Source of the DNA: Hypanus sabinus
Lineage: Eukaryota
NCBI RefSeq assembly: GCF_030144855.1
Contig: NC_082732.1
Span: 24,800,001-24,864,000, forward strand
Length of the DNA stretch: 64,000 nucleotides
Direction: 5' to 3'
Positions 52,970 through 63,803 of the stretch are shown here, in pieces. Below the pieces are notes generated by a model that searched no databases, was not told the DNA's origin, and saw only the letters and a list, made by a program, of their open reading frames with translations. The position numbers and the translations under genes were made by a program. The number at the start of each line of letters is the position of its first letter. The first letter of the stretch is position 1.

Positions 52970-53554
52970 TACATCAAAGGTCAAGATAGTTGGGAGCTTC
53001 AGGTTCTTCAGAGTGATGGCCTGTCCTGGTACATCCCTGTTGACAACATGGTCAAGTAAGTTGACCAGTGCCTGAACGTTCACGGGAGGTTAAAGGAACT
53101 TGGCGTGTCACCTTTGACCCTTATCAGTGCAGCATTGAAAGCGTCCTGTCAGAATGCAGCACAGCTGGGTGTGGTAACTGCCCTGCTCGTGACCGCAGGG
53201 AGTTGTGGAAACCAGCCTCCCTTCCATGGGCTCTGCCTACACTTCTCCCTACCTCATAATCAAAGATCTCACCCACTCCGGGTATTCTCTCCTCACCCAA
53301 CAGGCAGGAGATACAAAAGCCTGAAACCATGTGCAGCCAAGCTCAAGAAAAGCTTCTACCCTGCTGTTATAAGATTGTCGAACAGTCCCCTAGTATGAAT
53401 GAAATAGACTCTTAACCTCACAGTTTACTTCCTTATGACCTTGTGCATTACTGCCTACCTGCACTGCACTGCTCTCCCTCTCTCTGTTGTATGCTTTATT
53501 CTGCACCCTGCTATTGTTTTACCCCGTACTATCTCAATGCACTGCTGTACTTAA

Positions 53555-54345
53555 TTCAGGGGGCAGAAGTGAGTGCGGTTGCTGCTTCTACGGAGAAGGT
53601 GCTTGGGAAGCTGAAATCTCTGAAGGCAGATATGTCATCTGGACCAGACGGATTATACCCCGGGGTTCTGAACGAAGTATCTGAAGAGACTGTGGAAGCA
53701 ATAGTGGTGATTTTTCGACCATCACTAGATTCTGGAATGGTTCCAGAGGACTGGAAAGTTGCAAATGTCACTCCACTCTTTAAGAAGAGAGGAAGGCAAA
53801 CGATAGGAAACTATAGGCCAGAAGAGGCTTTTCATTCTAGAACAAAGGAGCTGTCCGCCTTCTTCAAAGAAAGGGGCTTCCCTTCCTCCACCATCAACAC
53901 TGCCCGCAACCCCATCTCTTCTATTTCCTCACATCTGCCCTCACCACATTCTCCAACCACTCCACCAGGGAATGGGTTCCTCTTGTCTTCACCCACCACC
54001 CCACCAGCCTCCACATCCAGCACATAATTCTCCACAATTCCAACAGCTTCAACGAGATCCCACCACCAAGCACATCTTCCTCCCCCTCCACTTTCTGCTT
54101 TCCACAGAGATGAGGAGAAATTTCTTTGGCCACTGGATGGTGAATCTGTGGAATTCATTGCCACAGATGCCCAAGTCGTTGGGTATATTTAAAGTGGAGG
54201 CTGATAGGTTCTTGATTAGTCAGGGCATGAAAGGGTATGTGGAAAAGGCAGGAAAATGGGATTGAGAGGGATAATAGATCACCCATGATGGAATGGAAGA
54301 ACAGACTCGATGCGCTGAATGGCCTAATACTGCTCAATATGTCAG
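53555..54345 (+). mobile_element. CR1 fragments with an intervening Penelope RT-region fragment (53822-54105)
   Basis: SSGPDGLYPGVL...WKVANVTPLFKK (CR1), then EAFHSRTKELSAFFKERGFPSSTI (PLE), then a CR1 3' end. Confidence 0.75.
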
Positions 54346-54729
54346 ATGGTCTTCTGATCTTCATGAAGAGTTTGCAAGACTGTACCTCAGTACGTGTGAC
54401 AACAATAAACCAATTTACCAATTTAACTAACAGTGGATTTCCAATACATCTCTGTCGTGGACTTACTCCAATAAAGGATTAATTATCTGATATGTCAACC
54501 CATTCACTGTATGCAGCCACAGGTCTTTAGTGAAATGCCAATGGTAATGACAAGCAAACTGCTGGAAGAACTAAGCAAGGAAATAGAACAGCGTAGAATA
54601 TTGACCGCCCATCGCCTTCCACCGATGCTGTTTGGCCGGCTGAGTTCATCCAGCAGCTTTCTTTGCTCCAGATTCTAGCATCTGCAGTTCCTTGTGTCTG
54701 CTACTGGTAGGTGCTTAGTTAGTTTAAAT

Positions 54730-54813
54730 CCGGGGTTCCCGATCTTTTGTTCTATGGCATGAGCCAATACCATTAAGCCAGGGATCCACGGACCCCAGAT
54801 TGGGAACACCCTG
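54730..54813. mobile_element. hAT MITE, reverse copy of the 3858-3938 family
   Basis: ccggggttccc...tgggaacaccctg TIRs and a shared internal ggtccgtgga..cttaatggt core. Confidence 0.65.
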
Positions 54814-54901
54814 CTTAAAGGAAAAGCTCAAAATATAATCATTTTCAATAAAAGCAGCAGGAATCATTTGTAAAGTTCACGATTTGCATCCTTTCCGACA
54901 G

Positions 54902-55315
54902 GTGTTGGCAGATTTACTCGCACACGGGGCTGTGGACAGTGACAGAGCATCTGCTCTGCAGGCCGCAGCAGGGATAGGCCACTTCCGAATAATGGACCTC
55001 CTCACACAACAGGGGGCCAGCGTAGACGTCAGAGATGGCCTGAACATGACCGCTCTTCATCGGGCGGCGGAAAGGGGCGATACTGATGTTGCAGGGTATC
55101 TGATAGAGCGTGGAGCTGACGTAGAGGCAAGAGGCTGGCTAATGGATACTCCTCTCCACCTCGCTACCAAAAGGGGCCACGAGCAGACCATCCAATTACT
55201 GCTGAGCAAAGGTGCCAACATGTACGCCACTAACCTGTGGTACGAAATGCCCCTTGACATTGCCTCAGCACGAGACTGTCACAATGATCTTTGTGCATTT
55301 GAGAAACAGAATTAA
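54902..55315 (+). CDS. ANKRD65: ANKRD65 coding exon 3 (terminal, stop TAA)
   Basis: Acceptor ctttccgacag|GTG, phase 0; VLADLLAHG...SALQAAA...TALHRAAERG...TPLHLA...EKQN*. The spliced product is about 380 aa with about 10 ankyrin repeats. The gene symbol rests on synteny with TMEM88B and MRPL20. Confidence 0.87.
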   Translation: MLADLLAHGAVDSDRASALQAAAGIGHFRIMDLLTQQGASVDVRDGLNMTALHRAAERGDTDVAGYLIERGADVEARGWLMDTPLHLATKRGHEQTIQLLLSKGANMYATNLWYEMPLDIASARDCHNDLCAFEKQN

Positions 55316-55595
55316 CTCTATTTGTGTATAAACTTAAAATAATCATATGCCCTTTTATAACACCGTAAAGTGGCCACTGTACTTTTAACAATGCTATATG
55401 CTTGCACAATACACAAAGAGTGACAACATATGTACGTTGAAGCCAGGCTCAGAATCAGAGTTAGATTTAATATTGCCAGCATATCTGGTGAAATTTGTTA
55501 ACTATACAGTAGTAGTACAATGAAATACATGAAAAATAAACTGTTACATTATAAATGTCTATTAAATAGTTAAGTTAAAATAAGTAGTGTAAAAA

Positions 55596-56170
55596 TGTGA
55601 AAAAGGCACAACAGCGTCTCTTTCACCTCAGATGGTTGAAGAAGTTTGGTTTGGGCCTCCAAATCCTAAGAACTTTCTACAAAGGCACAACTGAGAACAT
55701 CCTGACTGGCTGCATCACTGCCTGGTATGGAAACTGTACCTCCCTTAATCACAAGGCTCTGCAGAGAGTGGTGCGGGCAGCCCAGCGCATCTGTAGATGT
55801 GAACTTCCCACTATTCAGGACATGTACAAAGACAGGTGTGTAAAAAGGGCCCGAAGGATCACTGGGGACCCGAGTCACCCCAACCACAATCTGTTCCAGC
55901 TGCTACCATCTGAGAAATGGTACCTCAGCATAAAAGCCAGGACCAGCAGGCTCCGGGTCAGCTTCTTCCACCAGGCCATCAGACTGATTAATTCATGCTG
56001 ACACAAACGTATTTCTATGTTATATTGACTGTCCTGTTGTACATAATATTTATTATAAATCACTATAATTGCGCATTGCACATTTGAATTGAAGCATAAC
56101 ATGAAGATTTTTACTCCTCGCCTATTTGAAAGATGTAATTAAGAAAGTCAATAAATTCAATTCAGTTCAG
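55596..56170 (+). mobile_element. Rex1/Babar LINE 3' end with an open reading frame
   Basis: KKAQQRLFHLRWLKKFG...ILTGCITAWYGNC...LLPSEKWYLSIKARTSRL..SFFHQAIRLINS; (aattc)n tail. Confidence 0.88.
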
Positions 56171-56357
56171 TAACAGAAATAAGAAAGCAGTGAGGTAGTG
56201 TTCATGGGTTCAATGTCCATTCAGAAATCGGATGGCAGAGGGGAAGAAGCTGTTCCTGAAACATTGAGTGTGTGCCTCCAGGCTTCTGTACCTCCTTCCT
56301 GACGGTAACAGCGTGAGAAGGACATGTCCTGGGTGCTGGGGATCCTTAGTGATGGAT

Positions 56358-56500
56358 CAAACACGAGGAAATCTGCAGATGCTGGAAATTCAAACAACAA
56401 CACACACAAAATGCTGGTGGAACGCAGCAGGCCAGGCAGCGTTGATAGGGAGAAGCGCTGTCGACGTTTCGGGCCAAGACCCTTCGTCAGGATGGATGGA
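56358..56500 (-). mobile_element. Short Penelope-derived insertion carrying a minimal hammerhead motif
   Basis: 12-bp TSD ttagtgatggat (56346-56357, 56501-56512); the minus strand reads CTGACGA-AGGGTCTTGGCCC-GAAA-CGTC-GAC at about 56459-56490. Confidence 0.75.
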
Positions 56501-56924
56501 TTAGTGATGGATGCTGCTCCTTGAAGATGGATTGGATACTATGGAGGCTGGTGCCCATGATAGAGCTGACCAATTTTACAATTTTCTGCAACTTATTTCG
56601 AACGTGTGCAGAAGCAGTTGCTTCTATCCACGTGCCAGACAGCGATGCAGGCAGTCAGAGTGCTGTCCATGGTACATTTGTACACGTTTCCAAGTGTTTT
56701 AGTTGACAAACCAAATCTCCTCAAACTCCTAATGAAACATAGCCTTCTTCATAGCTGCATCAAGATGCTTCGTCCGGGTTAGGTCCTCAGAGATATTGAC
56801 ACCAAGGAGCTTGAAATTGCTGATTTTGTATAATGTACTCACAATGTACTTTATCTAACACCATAAAATGCACCCTATCCCTTGTACTTCACTGGACCCT
56901 GAGTTATAGTTATGCTTCACAACA

Positions 56925-59205
56925 ACATAGAAAACCTACAGCACAATACACGTCCACGAAGTTGTGCAACATGTACTTACCTTAGAAATTACCTATGGCC
57001 ACCCATAGCCCTCTAATTTTCTAAGCTCCATCTAACTTTCCAGGAGCCTCTTAAAAGACCCTATTGTATCCGCCTCCACCACCGTTGCTGGCAACCCATT
57101 CCATGCACTCACCACTCTCTGTGTAAAAAATTTACCCCTGACATCTCCTCTGTACCTACTCCCCAGCACCTTAAAACTGTGCCTTCTCGTGCTAGTCATT
57201 TCAGCCCTGGGAAAAAGCCTCTGACTATCCACACAATTAATGCCTCTCATTATTTTGTACACCTCTATCAAGTCACCTCTCATCCTCCAACACCCCAAGG
57301 AGAAAAGGCTGAGTTCATTCAACCTATTCTCATAAGGCAAGCTTCCCAAACCAGACTTACATCCTTGTAAACCTCCTCTGCACCCTTTCTAAGGTTTCCA
57401 CATCCTTCCTGAGGTGACCAGAACTGAGTACAGTACTCCAAGTGGGGTCTGACCAGGGTCCTATATAGCTGTAACATTACCTCTCAGCTCCTAAACTCAA
57501 TCCCACGGTTGATGAAGGCCAATGCACCATATGCCTTCTCAACCACAGAGTCAACCTGCGCAGCAGCTTTGAGTGTCTTATGGACTCAGACCCCAAGATC
57601 CCTCTGATCCTCCACACTGCCAAGAGTCTTACCATTAATGCTATAATTCTGCCATCACATTTGACCTACCAAAATGAACCACTTCACACTTATCTGGGTT
57701 GAACTCCATCTGCCACTTCTCAGCCCAGTTTTACATCCTATCAATGTCCAGCTGTAATCTGTGACATCCCTCCACTATCCACAACAACCCCAACATTTGT
57801 GTCATCAGCAAATTTACTAACCCATCCCTCCACTTCCTCATCCAGGTCAATTATAAAAATCACAAAGAGAAGGGGTCCCAGAACAGATCCCTGAGACACA
57901 CCACTAGTCACAAGCCTCCATGCAGACTATGACCCATCTACAACCATTCTTTGTCTTCTGTGGGCAAGCCAGTTCTGGATCCAGAAAGCAATGTCCCCTT
58001 GGATCCCATGCCTCCTTACTTTCTTAATAAGCTTTGTATGGAGTACCTTATCAAGTGCCTTGCTGAAATCCATATACACTACATTTACAGCTCTACCTTC
58101 ATCAATGTATTTAGTCACTTCCTCAAAAAATTCAATCAGGCTCGTAAGGCATGACTTGCCTTTGACAAAGCCATGCCGACTATTCCTAATCATAATATGT
58201 CTCTCCAAATGTTCATAAATCCTGTCTCTCAGGATCTTCTCCATCAACTTATCAACCACTGAAGTAAGACTCACTGGTCTATAATTTCCTAGGCTAACCT
58301 TACTCCCTTTCTTGAATAGGGAACAACATCCACAACCCTCCAATCCTCTGGAATCTCTTCTGTTCCCTTTGCTGGTGCAAAGATCATTGCCAGAGGCTCA
58401 GCAATCTCCTCCCTCACCTCCCACAGTAGCCTGGGGTACATCTCATCTGGTCCTGGTGACTTATCCAACTTGATGCTTTCCAAAAGCTCCAGCACATCCT
58501 CTTCCTTAATATCTACATGCTCAAGCTTTTCAGTCCACATTAAGTCAACCCTACAATCGCCAAGATCCTTTTCCGTAGTGAATACTGAAGCAAAGTATTC
58601 ATTAAGTACCTCTGCTATCTCCTCCGGTTCCATGCACACTTTTCCACTGTCACCCTTGATTGGTTCTATTCCCTTGCATCTTATCCTCTTGTTCTTCACA
58701 TACTTGTAGAATGCCTTGGGGGTTTCCTTAATCCTGTCCGTCAAGGTCTTCTCATAACCTCTTCTGGCTCTCCTAATTTCACTTTTAAGCTCCTTCCTGC
58801 TAGCCTTATAATCTTCTAGATCTCTATCATTACCTGGTTTTTTGAACCTTTTGTAAGCTTTTCTTCTTGACTATATTTACAACAGCCTTTGTACACCATG
58901 GTTCCTGTATCCTGCCATCCTTTCCCTGTCTCATCAGAATGTACCTATGCGGAACGCCACATAAATATCCCCTGAACATTTGCCACATTTCTTCTGTACA
59001 TTTCCCTGAGAACATCTTTTCCAATTTATGCTTCCAAGTTCCTGTCTGATTGCCTCATATTTCCCCTTACTCCAATTAAACATTTCCCTAACTTCTCTGT
59101 TCCTATCCCTCTCCAATGCTATGGTAAAGGAATTAGAATTGTGATCACTGTCTCCAAAATGCTCTCCCACTGAGAGACCTGACACCTGACCAGGTTCATT
59201 TCCGA
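56925..59205 (-). mobile_element. CR1 LINE of about 2.3 kb, 5'-truncated, ORF2 frameshifted
   Basis: GDSDHN, KAFYKYV, DKSPGPDEMYPRLL, NYRPVSLTSVV, HGFVKGKSCLTSLIEFFEEVT, YMDFSKA motifs and a CR1 tail. Confidence 0.93.
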
Positions 59206-59478
59206 ACATGTTCCCTCTACTTTTTTTCACAACTGTGCAGACCAACCATTGCTCTAAGCAGGATTTTTTTTAGATTGCCTGAAAACTGTACAACACTTTA
59301 AGTTAACATTATACAAAAGAATATTCCAACCGTGCAGCAACAAAGCCTATCTGCGCGGGAGCATTTCATTTACTGTGCACCTCAGGGGGAAACAGTGACA
59401 ACAACGTACCTTACGCTAAATAGTCCAACACCAAATGTGGGGTCTGAAACAGAACAAAATGGCTGACACACATACACA

Positions 59479-59702
59479 TCTGCAGATGCTGGAAATCCAA
59501 GCAGCACACACACAAAATGCTGGAGGAAACTCAGCAGGCCAGGCAGCATCTATGGAAAAAGAGTACAGTCAACGTTTTGGGCCAAGACCCTTCAGTGAGT
59601 CCTGCTGAAGGGCCTCGGCCTGAAACACCGACTGTACTCTTTTCCATAGATGCGGCCTGGCCTGCTGAGTTTCCTCCAGCATTTTGTGTGGGTGTTGCTG
59701 GG
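59479..59702. mobile_element. Penelope-derived palindrome of about 200 bp
   Basis: Arms 59497-59595 and about 59605-59702 are near-perfect reverse complements with a hammerhead remnant at the centre. Confidence 0.8.
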
Positions 59703-61512
59703 CTGAAACACGTGGCAGGTCAGGTGGTATGTGAGGAGAAAGGAAAGGTTTCTTGTCAATGGCTCCTCATTAGAACAGGAAAATTGGGAAAACAACCCGT
59801 TTTAAATAGCAGAGACCTGGAGGCATGGAGGGAACAAAAGGAATACCTGTGATAGGGTGGGGATTAAGGTTGTCCAGGTAATGTCGTTGTTTATAGTCCC
59901 ATCTGGTTAATAAATGAATGAAGGTGAAAAGAAACACAATAACTTATTACAACTTTGGCAGTTGCTGGAAAACTTAAACAGAAGAAAGACTGTAAGTCCC
60001 CAGCAGATCAGACAGCTCCCCGTGAACAGAGAAAAAACAGAAAAAATCTTACAATAGAATTGGCCAAACAGAAAAAGCCTGATGAGATGCCATATGCAGT
60101 AACGACTCTCCGTGTTATCACATGCCCAGGCAGTTGTTCCTCAAGCTAGCATAGTTCATTGTTGGGTCAGTCTAGGAGACCAAATGGGAGAGGTCAGAGG
60201 GCAGAGACAATTAAGCGATCGGGAGGCTCAGGGCAACCTTGTGTACTAAATGAATGTTTTGCAAAGTGGTTATCTATATTAGGCTTCCCCACTGTGGTGG
60301 AGGTCACATCATGAGCACTGGATACACTAAGCTGACACAGGGGCAAACGAGCGTCTGCCTCACCCGGAAAGACCACTAGGAGCACAGGAAGGGAGGTGGT
60401 ACAAAGGGCAGCTGGGCGGGCATGGGAAGATACCACGAGAAGGGAGTGGTTGGTGGAAATGCAAGAGCAAACCCTGAAGTTGTGGAGTCAGCCATTCCAT
60501 TGGAATGCTGAAAGAGGAGGGAGAAAGAAGGGAAGATTTGAAAGGTGTAGTCCAAATCCTATTTCAATGTAATTGGTGCTGTTGTGACAAAGAGGAAATG
60601 GTTGGGAAAGTCAGCTCAAGAGAAAAAGGCCATAGCATTATTTTTGAATTGGAAAAGAGGAGATTTGGCATAGTCTTGATGGCTAAAGTCGTCTCTTTCT
60701 GAGGTATAATCTAACATACCACAATGATCTTCCCATTAAAAAGCAGCACTTACTGCCTACCTAGCAAGATTGTACTGCTGAATTTTATCATTTTGTAAAT
60801 TTTATAAGTTCCTGTGTTACATCTACTCCTACTGTTTTTCCTTTCTAGTCTAATATGCAGAGAACTGATGTCAGGTCTTCCGACACCTGGGTTCTTATAC
60901 GAGTTCAGGAACGAGCAAAAAAAATGTTGATTCTTCACAATCACTTATTTTAAAGTTCAAGCAAAGATACAGAGCATTTGAAACTAAGTGAGGAGCTGAG
61001 AAGCAGAGATGAACTAGATTCAACATGGTGCTTTTAAAAAACCTCTCACTTTTATTCTCGAGATAACAGAAATTACTCAGATAACAGAATCCAATCGAAA
61101 GGCTGCATATTTATGACAATTATAACATATATGGGGTGGAAAAGTAACGTGATAGTTAGCACAACGCTTTTTGGTACAGGCGACCACTTCCCACTGCTGC
61201 CTGTAGGGAGTTTGTACATTCTCCCTGTGACTGCGTGGGTTTCTTCCGGGTGCTCCACATTCCTCTCACAGTCCAATGACGTACTGGTTGATAGGTCAAT
61301 TGGTCATTGTAAATTGTCCTGTGACTAGGCTGGGATTAAATCGGGGGATTGCTGAACAGCCTGGCTCGAAAGGCCTATTCCGCGCTGTATCTCAATCAAT
61401 CAATAAATAAGGTTTAGCCAATTAAGAGATAAAAGGGTACTGTATATGTAACTGTTATACCACCTTTGGCCAGTAGGTGGGGATGAACCACCATATATAC
61501 TGTGAAAAATAA

Positions 61513-61707
61513 AAGCAACAGGTGCAAAATGCTGGAGGATCTCACCAGGCCAGGCAGCATCCATGGAAAAGAGTGAACAGTCGACATTTCGGGCCAAAAT
61601 GTCAACTGTACTTTTTTTCCATAAATGCTGCCTGGCCTGCTGAGTTACTCCAGTATTTTGTGTGTGTTGCTCAGGTTTCCAGCATCTGCAGATTTTCTCT
61701 TGTTTGT
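61513..61707. mobile_element. Penelope-derived fold-back element
   Basis: Inverted arms centred on gtcgacatttcgggccaaaatgtcaac. Confidence 0.75.
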
Positions 61708-63624
61708 GAAAAATACAAGAGTTTCTTTTAAATATACAAATTATTAAAACTAGTAATTATGTTAGTAAAAAGGAAACTATGATCTTGGTCTTGCATTAGT
61801 TCAATTGATATTTTATAAAAGGTATTTAAAAGAAAGACCAATTCTAACACTTAGGAGCAGCATCCTTTAAGATTTTTGGTGCTGTGTTGATGTCTGTTTG
61901 CAGTTCACTCACGGTATTAGGAGAAAGATTCCATCACCATCTTATGATAGAGCAGTCTAAGGTTATAGCAAAATTATAACTAAAGAGAAATTTACAGTTT
62001 CATTGCGCGGCCATGGTGCTTGCAAACTAACCGCTGATTTTGTCAGCGGGCTTTCTCAATTGCTAATCAACGAGACGTTTTGACGTTGTAAATTTAAGGC
62101 CCTCGTGAACGAGTTTGTTGCAGCTGCCTCACGGGCATTGCTCAGCGTTCACGCAGAATTACGATGGGTTGCTTCACAAGGCTTTGATACTGTCCTTGAA
62201 ACACTTTCTAACTAATTACTGAGGCCAGGCTTACAATTTTAAGTTTTTTTTTAAATATATACTGTGCACAGTCAACAATAAAAACATTTCTAATGTGCCT
62301 GGAATTGGATAAAAGTAGATCTTCCAATGATGTCCCCGGCAGATCTTTGTGGAATGCCTATCTTCTTGAACTGAAAGGCCTTTTTGGCTGACTCCTGTTC
62401 TTGTCTTCATTTACATTTTACTTGACTCTGGTGCATCCTAACATCACAGAGCATAGAACCATCCCCAACTAGTTATGTAGCTTTAGGAACCCTTGCAGAA
62501 GAAAATAATGCCGCCTTACTGAACTCACCACCATCTCATCAAATAAGCTCCAATATTTTGTTACTCCAGCCAATACTTTCAGGCCCAGTTTCTTTTTGGA
62601 CATTTATTTGGATTATGACATCTTTCTTTTAACCTAACATCCCACTGATTCATGTGAACAGTCCATCAAAAATAGGTGGTGATAGCTGGCACAGACTCAA
62701 TAGGCCTAACTGTATCGCTGTGGCCCTCTGCTAAAAGTATTTTCAAAGCTAATTAGGTAATCATCTTTTCCCATACAGCTTTCAGTGACAAAATCAAATC
62801 CAGATGTTCCTTGTATAAATTGTTCAATGGCTTATCACCACAAATCCCATGGAGTTCACTTGTGAACAAAGTATGGTGGTAAATATAATTCTAACGCACC
62901 CTGAATGTTTGGGATTAGAACGAGGAAAAAAATACATGGCATATTGTAATCAGGAAAGCTAATATAGAAACTGATAAACATCAGATTTTGAGGGAAAATC
63001 TTGAAGTAGTAAATGTTTATCTTTATTATTTTTGATGTAAAATTAAAATATTTAATTGCTCGCATGCAAAATCACCAACCGGAAACATTAGTTACGTAAT
63101 GTTTTGATGCATTTGGTGATTTCACTACAGATGCCACCTCCCTGCTGAGTCCTCAGCGCTTTCTATTTTTATTTTCAAATATTCAGCACTTCCGTCCTTT
63201 AATTCACAAGTTTCAGGCTTTGCAACCAGAAATCTCCGGTGCTTGTTCTTTCACTGCCTTTTTCTCAATGAAAGTTTAAAACTCTTTGAGTTCAATTATG
63301 CTAATTCGACTTTACCATTAAGAAAAACAATAATTCATGAAAGCTAAGTTTCAATCAGCTTTATTCGGTGTACAAAGTTCAGTAACTATAGATTTTCCAT
63401 TTTCTCTGGTCTCATTTTTAATTGCAACAGGCTAAATCTCCTGAGTACGCGGGAAGAATGAGAAATACATATACTACTGATTTAATTGACTGTGCTGAAA
63501 ATATGCAAATGTTTCCAATGTTTTAATTTTAATTTTAAAATAATCAGACCTTGTCTCCGACTTTTAAAAGGACACAAACATCTCCCTGAACTGAGACACC
63601 CTTTCAATGACAGAGTTAACTCAA

Positions 63625-63803
63625 AATCACGTGCGTACTCCGGCGGAACTGTAGCCCCGCCCACCCGGGGAGGTGGCACGCATGCGCAGATCGGAGCGCC
63701 CAATCACAGGGCTCGTCCTCCCCGCCGGATGCCGGGCCTGTGACGCCCCCGAGCCGAGGGGTCGGCTTTTCCACGCAGCTGGCGGCGGGGACTCGAACCG
63801 CCG
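63625..63803 (+). promoter_or_regulatory. MRPL20 CpG-island promoter / 5' UTR
   Basis: Sharp switch to GC/CpG-rich sequence. E-box CACGTG 63628-63633, GC box GCCCCGCCC about 63654-63662, NRF1-type CGCATGCGCA 63679-63688, CCAAT 63700-63704, CRE half-site TGACG at 63741. Confidence 0.8.

Larger units (their letters stand above)
55448..56820 (-). mobile_element. Older Rex1/Babar LINE hosting two nested insertions
   Basis: Reversed tail tcagaatcag at about 55448; the sequence resumes after 56170 and after 56500. Confidence 0.6.

Noticed and set aside
62025-62055. CGCTGATTTTGTCAGCGGGC resembles the telomerase RNA CR2 segment
   Set aside because: There is no CTAACCCTAA template upstream, no downstream CR3 pseudoknot partner, and no recognisable CR4/5 or H/ACA domain.
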